Of a stretch of DNA of 37,234 nt, positions 31,854-37,234 are shown one piece after another (position 1 is the stretch's first letter; the number at the start of each line of letters is the position of its first letter). The notes under the pieces are model-generated. The model ran no database searches and was not told the DNA's origin. It was given only the letters and a program-made list of their open reading frames with translations. The DNA is from a virus (Duplodnaviria > Caudoviricetes), in the IMG/VR virus record IMGVR_UViG_3300038315_001257, positions 1-37,234 of that record; one strand, given 5' to 3'. Both the position numbers and the translations under genes were made by a program.

Positions 31854-32519
31854 TCAACGCAACGTTTGGAAGTGTATATCTTTGATTCCTCCTGCAAAGT
31901 TTTTCCATTGCCCATTCACTTTAACCCTCTCAAGATCATAGGACATTTGGTTATTCCCATAAAACGGTTTGAGATTATATTTCTGTATCACCACCCGGGC
32001 CTCTGACAAAGAAGAAAGATTTTTTAGGATTTCTTTTAATTCCCCCAAATCCCCTTGGGGGGGTAGGGGGGGATTCTTATCATTCTTATCATTCTTACCA
32101 TTCTTGTGTATAGTGTCGCTTCTGTGTCGCTTCTGTGTCGCTTTTACTTCGCTTTTCTTGTCGCTTTTCTTGTCGCTTTTGTAATTTTTGAGGTTCTGAA
32201 ATTCGTCGTATTTAAGCACCGTAATGATAAATCCTCGTGTCGCTTTTCGTGTCGTTATCATTGTCGCGCATTTTAGCCATCTTATGCAATGGTCTATCTG
32301 ATTCCTATTTGCCTTTGTTTCTGCCATTATTTGCTTGTATTGGAAAAAACCTTCACCTCTTTTAAACTGTTTTCTGTCTTTGTGATTTACGCTGGTAACA
32401 ATATAAAACCATATCTTAAACCACTTGTCCGGCTTCAAATAAAAAACATCACTTTCTATAGTTTGGCGTGCCCATAAGGTAGCGCCCCCCTTGATTTTTG
32501 TAGGCATATCACATCGCAT
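31854..32519 (-). CDS. Phage replication initiator (lambda O-like organisation)
   Basis: FKIW.YI...VNH...KRG...winged-helix-like N-terminus, ITVLKYDEFQ, repeat-coded linker, PPLPP. Confidence 0.8.
   Translation of the reverse strand: MRCDMPTKIKGGATLWARQTIESDVFYLKPDKWFKIWFYIVTSVNHKDRKQFKRGEGFFQYKQIMAETKANRNQIDHCIRWLKCATMITTRKATRGFIITVLKYDEFQNLKNYKSDKKSDKKSEVKATQKRHRSDTIHKNGKNDKNDKNPPLPPQGDLGELKEILKNLSSLSEARVVIQKYNLKPFYGNNQMSYDLERVKVNGQWKNFAGGIKDIHFQTLR
32073..32267. repeat. Iterons / putative replication origin inside the initiator gene
   Basis: TGTCGCTT at 32114, 32125, 32136, 32159, 32171 and 32238, with variants at 32148, 32250 and 32262; ATTCTTAYC 9-mers at 32073-32106. Confidence 0.75.
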
Positions 32520-32554
32520 TTATTTGCGTTTTTCACCTCTTGACCTTTTTTAAA

Positions 32555-32583
32555 AGTATATCACATTTTGCTTTTTGATCCAA
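32555..32583 (-). promoter_or_regulatory. Putative promoter of the initiator gene
   Basis: TTGGAT-17-TATACT with extended TG. Confidence 0.5.
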
Positions 32584-32591
32584 GTTTAAAT

Positions 32592-33038
32592 TCAACTTTT
32601 GCTATTTTTTAATTTTACCTTGCATAAAATTCCGTCAACAGCAACGTAAATACTGTGTCGCATAAAATATTTATACAAGGGCTGGTTGGTAACAGACGCC
32701 ACCGCAAATTCACTCTTGTATTTTTTGCGTACAAAATTTTTAACGCTGTTGAGCCACTCACCAAATTTACCAGTCCCTGTTTCGCGAGATTCTATAAGTG
32801 AACATTCGTAATACGCTTCCTTTTTTTTTGTATCTTTACGATATTTTTTTGTGAGATGTCCAATAATCCCGTACTGTTCGACCATGATCTCATCTCCGCC
32901 TGCGTAAAGAATTGGGTTTATCTGCTCTCCCTTTTTCACCTTCTCCCATTTGAATGTGCTCCATTCTTTATCATGCGGAACTGGCGGATACATTTCTGCC
33001 ATGGACTTTTCTAATGGTGTTAATTTTCGTTTACTCAT
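32592..33038 (-). CDS. Hypothetical protein (weak GNAT-like pattern)
   Basis: ATGA-coupled; ETGTGKF...VTNQPL only loosely acetyltransferase-like. Confidence 0.7.
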   Translation of the reverse strand: MSKRKLTPLEKSMAEMYPPVPHDKEWSTFKWEKVKKGEQINPILYAGGDEIMVEQYGIIGHLTKKYRKDTKKKEAYYECSLIESRETGTGKFGEWLNSVKNFVRKKYKSEFAVASVTNQPLYKYFMRHSIYVAVDGILCKVKLKNSKS

Positions 33039-33508
33039 ATAGATATTTGTGGGATATCATTTTCTGTTATTAGTTTAATTTTTATTCCATAAAAGGCTTC
33101 GACCAATTTCTTTTTAAGACGAAAAACAGGAGTTTGAATTCCTTTCGCGTCCCAATATTCCGTTCTGCCGTCTGCAAAACCTAGCATAAAATCAAGAATG
33201 AGGGTGCATATTAAATGACCATTAACATGAACAGGAAATTTGACTTGCCGTTCATAGGCGACAACTTCCTCTTTCATGTTTCTCGCGCTTTTAAGCATAT
33301 TCAAATACTTGGCCACCTTAGCTTCGAGCATACTGTCATACAAAATGCCTTGGTACTTGGTTTTTTTGTTTTTGTATTTTGATGTGGGCATACTAGCTAG
33401 TTTACTGTCACCAATTAACACAGCCGCTTTAGAATCGCGGTTCATCTTTTTAAACCGATTTTGAGTATTTTTATTTACTGGCATACCTAAACCAATTCTA
33501 TTTTTCAT
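33035..33508 (-). CDS. DUF1064-family endonuclease
   Basis: SKYKNKKT, YDSMLEA, ERQVKF, LDF, DAKG..TPVFRLKKKL. Confidence 0.85.
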   Translation of the reverse strand: MKNRIGLGMPVNKNTQNRFKKMNRDSKAAVLIGDSKLASMPTSKYKNKKTKYQGILYDSMLEAKVAKYLNMLKSARNMKEEVVAYERQVKFPVHVNGHLICTLILDFMLGFADGRTEYWDAKGIQTPVFRLKKKLVEAFYGIKIKLITENDIPQISI

Positions 33509-33676
33509 ATATTTTAATTTGCTGTCGTTAATTTTTCAAAAGGTAATTCTTCCATTTTTTCTCTCCGTATAAAACCGCAGTCACGGCAAAAGTAATAGCG
33601 CACTTGATAGCCTCCAAGAGTTTTCCAGTCTTTAACCTCATACCTATGAAATTCAGGTTTGCATTTCTTTTTCATA

Positions 33677-34135
33677 CTAATAAATATACCCCAATATAGA
33701 ATCATAGCTTACCGATATGATGCGCTCAGACACGATATAAAGCCCTCTATAGTTCTGCTCGGAAATATATAGCATATCGCCATAAATCTTCTCTACGACC
33801 GCAACGTGTCCCACAGGGCCTTCGTTAAGTACCACTATAGACCCTTCACGCGGTATGATACCTGTTTTATACCCCCTAAATCTGGCAATTTCCAATGCTC
33901 TGCCAGCAATGCCGGTAATTTGAATGCCAGTTCGTGCGCGTGCATAGGGGACACAATGCCCGTTCCCATAGTAATATACTTTTTTCACAAGGCGTTTTTC
34001 TTTTTCAATTGGCTCTAGCAGTATCTCTGGCGCTTTTATGTATCCATTTTCCCAATACAAAGTAGGACGTATACTAGGGTACTGTGTAACCGTACATAAT
34101 GCGTATAACATACATGAGATTATTTCAGTGGTCAT
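33677..34135 (-). CDS. CHAP-domain amidase/peptidase
   Basis: GHCVPYAR, GHVAVVE, ISEQNY, ILGYIY. Confidence 0.85.
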   Translation of the reverse strand: MTTEIISCMLYALCTVTQYPSIRPTLYWENGYIKAPEILLEPIEKEKRLVKKVYYYGNGHCVPYARARTGIQITGIAGRALEIARFRGYKTGIIPREGSIVVLNEGPVGHVAVVEKIYGDMLYISEQNYRGLYIVSERIISVSYDSILGYIY

Positions 34136-34389
34136 AATACATGTAATTATACAACAAAATGCAAATTATTTGAATCTCCATATCCCCAATGGGTCTTCTA
34201 CTTCTGTACACTGCCCCTTTTCACAAACAAATCTGCTATTAGCAACATAAGATACAATCAAGTAAATTATAGCTAATATTCCCAAAACTAAACTGATAGG
34301 ATAAAGTAATTTCTTATGTATATTATACAGCACAATTGCTATTGAATAAACAAATCATCTGGCCCAACTCCTCTGCTTCAAACATTCGA

Positions 34390-34587
34390 CTACATATTTT
34401 CAATTTTTGTTAATTCCCATGTTCGGATCTCACCTTTCTCAATATCATTGATATGTAATCGATCCCCTTTGTTGCAAGTAAACATTTTTTTTAGACGACG
34501 ATTTTCATTAAAAGCTTCAAAAATCGTGGATAATGCAAGCCATTGTTCTTCTGTGTAATTATGTTTATGTTTTTTTGTAGCTTTCAT
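34390..34587 (-). CDS. Hypothetical protein
   Basis: 65-aa ORF in the early operon. Confidence 0.6.
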   Translation of the reverse strand: MKATKKHKHNYTEEQWLALSTIFEAFNENRRLKKMFTCNKGDRLHINDIEKGEIRTWELTKIENM

Positions 34588-34672
34588 AAAGTCTTTAAAA
34601 AATCCTTAATCATCTTCTCCTCGTCATATCTATCTAAATAATGGATCATCTCTAAATCAATTTCATTATTAT

Positions 34673-35041
34673 TCATATATTTATGCCCGTAGGCTTAGTT
34701 AGATTTGATAAAGTCTTTAAAAACCCCTCAATCGTCTTCCCCTCATAGACAAAATCAATCATGCGGTGCATGTTTAATAAATATTTATCACGCTTATATT
34801 TTACCCCCACAGTTTCACAAAATACTTTCCCGCACAATTCCCCTTTATGTTTATGTAGTATAGAAGTAACTTTATATGGATTTTTCTCCTTTCCCCACCC
34901 CTCAACCTTAGCCACAGCTTCCCATGCTTTTGGATCGAATAAAAACGTGTAATCACCATTAAATAAATCTAACTCAACCTCTTTTTTATTCTTACCCCAC
35001 CCACCCTCAATGGCTTTTTCGAGAAATTGTTTTGGTGTCAT
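34673..35041 (-). CDS. Hypothetical phage protein
   Basis: EKAIEGGW...DPKAWEAV...EGW...MHRMID. Confidence 0.75.
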   Translation of the reverse strand: MTPKQFLEKAIEGGWGKNKKEVELDLFNGDYTFLFDPKAWEAVAKVEGWGKEKNPYKVTSILHKHKGELCGKVFCETVGVKYKRDKYLLNMHRMIDFVYEGKTIEGFLKTLSNLTKPTGINI

Positions 35042-35046
35042 ATTTT

Positions 35047-35292
35047 TTATGTTTTATACGTCTTGGTAAAAATATCTGGCTTGCAAGGATACACTTCGCC
35101 ATTCACGCCCTTAATCACTATATCGCCTTTTTCGGCTGTCATAACCCCTTCAGGCGTTGTAATGTGTATTTTTGCGCCATACATCTCAAGAGAGATAGGC
35201 CTTTCAGGAGTTGACCACTTTAGAATATCTTTAAGGTACTCTGCTTCGAATGGATAGTATTCAATTGTAACTGGTTTTTTTGTGGCTTTCAT
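35047..35292 (-). CDS. PGDYG-like conserved phage protein
   Basis: TPEGVMTAEKGDIVIKGVNGEVYPCKPDIFTKTY. Confidence 0.85.
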   Translation of the reverse strand: MKATKKPVTIEYYPFEAEYLKDILKWSTPERPISLEMYGAKIHITTPEGVMTAEKGDIVIKGVNGEVYPCKPDIFTKTYKT

Positions 35293-35723
35293 AAATCCTC
35301 AACTTTAATTAGCTTGTTTTCTAAAAGGTAGATGAGCATTTTCGCACGTGCGTTTGCTTCTGAGTTGTCCCAAATATCAACCCTTTTAACTATATATTCG
35401 TTGATCCCGTTTCTATCAGTTTCGTCTCTATCTCGTACTGCTCCTATAACCCACTTGTTACCAACTTTCTGTATTTTCCCTATATCATAATTCACTAAAA
35501 GTTCACCGAGTTCCGCGACTGTATAGGCGGAAAACGCATCCCATTGATCTTTAACCAATGGGATAAGACTATTATTCATCACATCTGCTGTATCCCCTAA
35601 ACTATAACTAGCATCAGTAGTACTTCCTCTATACCAATACCAAACACTCTCCTGTGGCACGCCAAGTTCTTTTAGTTGAATAGAAGGCTCTAACGAGCAT
35701 ACTTGTTGTTCAATAGGTATCAT
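35289..35723 (-). CDS. Conserved hypothetical phage protein
   Basis: QVCSLE...LKELGVPQES, SAYTVAELGELL, EANARAKMLIYL. Confidence 0.8.
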   Translation of the reverse strand: MIPIEQQVCSLEPSIQLKELGVPQESVWYWYRGSTTDASYSLGDTADVMNNSLIPLVKDQWDAFSAYTVAELGELLVNYDIGKIQKVGNKWVIGAVRDRDETDRNGINEYIVKRVDIWDNSEANARAKMLIYLLENKLIKVEDL

Positions 35724-35735
35724 AATCGTATTAAA

Positions 35736-35858
35736 GTAGCGAGGGTAAGGATTTGACGAGATTGGAACATTTTACGGATTCCTACTACGAACCTAGATTT
35801 CGGATTCCGACCATCGCTTGCTAGGTATATCAAGCTATCGTCTACGCCACCTCGCTAC
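35736..35858 (-). ncRNA. 123-nt structured RNA with tRNA-like ends
   Basis: Closing stem GTAGCGAGG/CCTCGCTAC; 5' GGTGGCGTAGAC and 3' TCAAATCCTTAC resemble tRNA ends; internal stems GACGA/TCGTC, CCTAG/CTAGG and TCGG/CCGA. Confidence 0.55.
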
Positions 35859-36176
35859 GTTTAGAAATTAAGAAACAACTTTTATTCCTTTTCTTTTTTC
35901 ATAGCACCTATGACATTCTTTCCATTTACTTAAAAAAAATTTACGAAAAAAATTTACAATAGGTTTGCCCATAATTTGTTCTAAAGGAAAATCATCTTTA
36001 GCTATTATCAACATTTTTGTCTTTGTTTCCATAATCTAAGTCGTGCACCGCCTCACGGGTTATTTAATCGTTTTTTGTGATCGATTTATTTAACCACATA
36101 GCACTTTTTGTAATGTTGGCATATTTTAATTGTGCTTCAATACAAGTAAGCCCACAAAGAAGTACATTTTATTTAT

Positions 36177-36359
36177 TTAATTCCCCAAACAATTCTCACA
36201 TCCCCATTGCTCCTTTTCTCCTTCGTTAATTCTCCCTTCCTGCCTTACCATGTTGGCCAACTTTAAACAGTTAGGACAAATAAACTTGTACCGCACATGA
36301 CTAGCTTGTGGTGGGCCAGCAATAGCAAATTCTTTGAATGGAATGGGTTTTGTATTCAT
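36177..36359 (-). CDS. Small zinc-ribbon protein
   Basis: CPNC...CENC; directly downstream of the FtsK fusion. Confidence 0.65.
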   Translation of the reverse strand: MNTKPIPFKEFAIAGPPQASHVRYKFICPNCLKLANMVRQEGRINEGEKEQWGCENCLGN

Positions 36360-36367
36360 ATGTGTGT

Positions 36368-37234
36368 TTATTCAATATAGTATCCTTGTAGACGCAATAA
36401 ACCGCGTTCATGAGGGTCTAAAAGCAATAAATCGCCCTTCCCTAGTAACTCCTCTGCGCCGTTTTGGTCTAATATTATCTGGCTATCGACCTTTGAAGTT
36501 GTCCTAAACGCAATGCGAGTAGGCATGTTAGCTTTGATAAGACCCGTAATTACGTTTACTGAAGGGCGCTGTGTTGCAAGTATGAGGTGTATACCTACTG
36601 CGCGAGCTTTCTGCGCAAGAAGAATAATTGCAGTTTCCGCTTCTTTATCTTCTGATTGTAATATAAGATCAGCAAACTCATCTATCAACAATACCAGTTT
36701 TCTCATTTTATCTCGATTATTTTCGTTATATTCATCAATGTGCCGATACTTGCTTTTCTCTAATTCAGAATAGCGATTTTCCATTTCTCTAACAAGCCAA
36801 TGCAATGCAACCTTTGCTTTGAGATTATCAAAAATCACGGGCGATTCTAAATGAGGGAGATCATTATATCTCGAAAGCTCAACACGTTTCGGATCGATCA
36901 TAATAAATCCTAGAATATCAGAATCGTTAACGTCAACAAGAGATTTTATGATCGAACTTATCATGACTGATTTTCCCGTACCAGTTGCGCCGGCTATAAG
37001 AAGGTGGGGCATTTCGGCTAAATCTTTAACGATGGATTGACCGTACACATTCACGCCAACGGGGAATTTTAGTTTTCCTTGTTCCAATTCAATGTCTTTC
37101 GGATAACTTGCAAAACCTCGTTTTTGTTTTGGCACTTCAATACCAACCAGATCAGTTCCCATAATTGGAGCTTCAATGCGTATTGTCTTCGCTTTTAGTG
37201 CAAGCGCTAAATCCTTTGTATGCTTTTCGAATCC
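36368..37234 (-). CDS. ftsK: C-terminal FtsK/SpoIIIE ATPase part of the fusion (638 aa total)
   Basis: PHLLIAGATGTGKS (Walker A), IDPKRVEL, LLIDEFADL (Walker B), ARAVGIHLILATQRPS, GAEELLGKGDLL. No gamma domain. Confidence 0.93.
   Translation of the reverse strand, partial: GFEKHTKDLALALKAKTIRIEAPIMGTDLVGIEVPKQKRGFASYPKDIELEQGKLKFPVGVNVYGQSIVKDLAEMPHLLIAGATGTGKSVMISSIIKSLVDVNDSDILGFIMIDPKRVELSRYNDLPHLESPVIFDNLKAKVALHWLVREMENRYSELEKSKYRHIDEYNENNRDKMRKLVLLIDEFADLILQSEDKEAETAIILLAQKARAVGIHLILATQRPSVNVITGLIKANMPTRIAFRTTSKVDSQIILDQNGAEELLGKGDLLLLDPHERGLLRLQGYYIE
37136..37234. repeat. Terminal 99-bp direct repeat, copy 2
   Basis: Identical to 1-99. Confidence 0.97.

Noticed and set aside
31836-31863. 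dif-like site (GCGCATAATG) for FtsK/XerCD
   Set aside because: Only the XerC-like arm resembles dif; there is no TTATGTTAAAT arm and no Xer recombinase gene.
32061-32068. KOPS motif GGGTAGGG
   Set aside because: Single noticed copy, explained by Pro codons on the other strand; the FtsK lacks a gamma domain.
1-37234. Alternative genetic code (TGA or TAG recoding)
   Set aside because: Core genes are full length in code 11 and end in TAA, TAG (13041) and TGA (26395).

Overview
The window is an apparently complete, circular dsDNA tailed-phage genome of 37,135 bp; bases 1-99 are repeated at 37136-37234. It has a P22/podovirus-like layout. On the minus strand the late genes run terS, terL, portal, acidic scaffold, major capsid, decoration/fibre genes, adaptor, nozzle, two ejection proteins (one with a lytic transglycosylase), MT-A70 methylase, and a holin / papain-like peptidase / holin cassette. 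Early genes include RecT, a CHAP protein, a DUF1064 nuclease, a replication initiator with internal iterons and a C5 methylase. A 638-aa PD-(D/E)XK nuclease-FtsK fusion spans the contig join and is only partly in the ORF track. There are two plus-strand islands: a secreted trypsin-like protease moron and an acidic-protein/HTH cassette. I found no integrase, tape measure, CRISPR array or reverse transcriptase. A Patescibacteria (CPR) host is inferred, not proven. Most notable observations: (1) four or five virion-module proteins share an N-terminal membrane anchor followed by an LG[AG] motif, suggesting membrane-tethered, protease-released virion parts; (2) the nuclease-FtsK fusion sits beside RecT; (3) there is a dense RNA layer (pseudoknot/attenuator before the portal gene, shared-loop hairpins, two tRNA-like RNAs, promoter-terminator sRNAs); (4) an unannotated micro-protein ends in the same PxSEYEG motif as TerL; (5) terS is split at an A10 run. 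All protein calls come from motif recognition by eye; no database searches were run.
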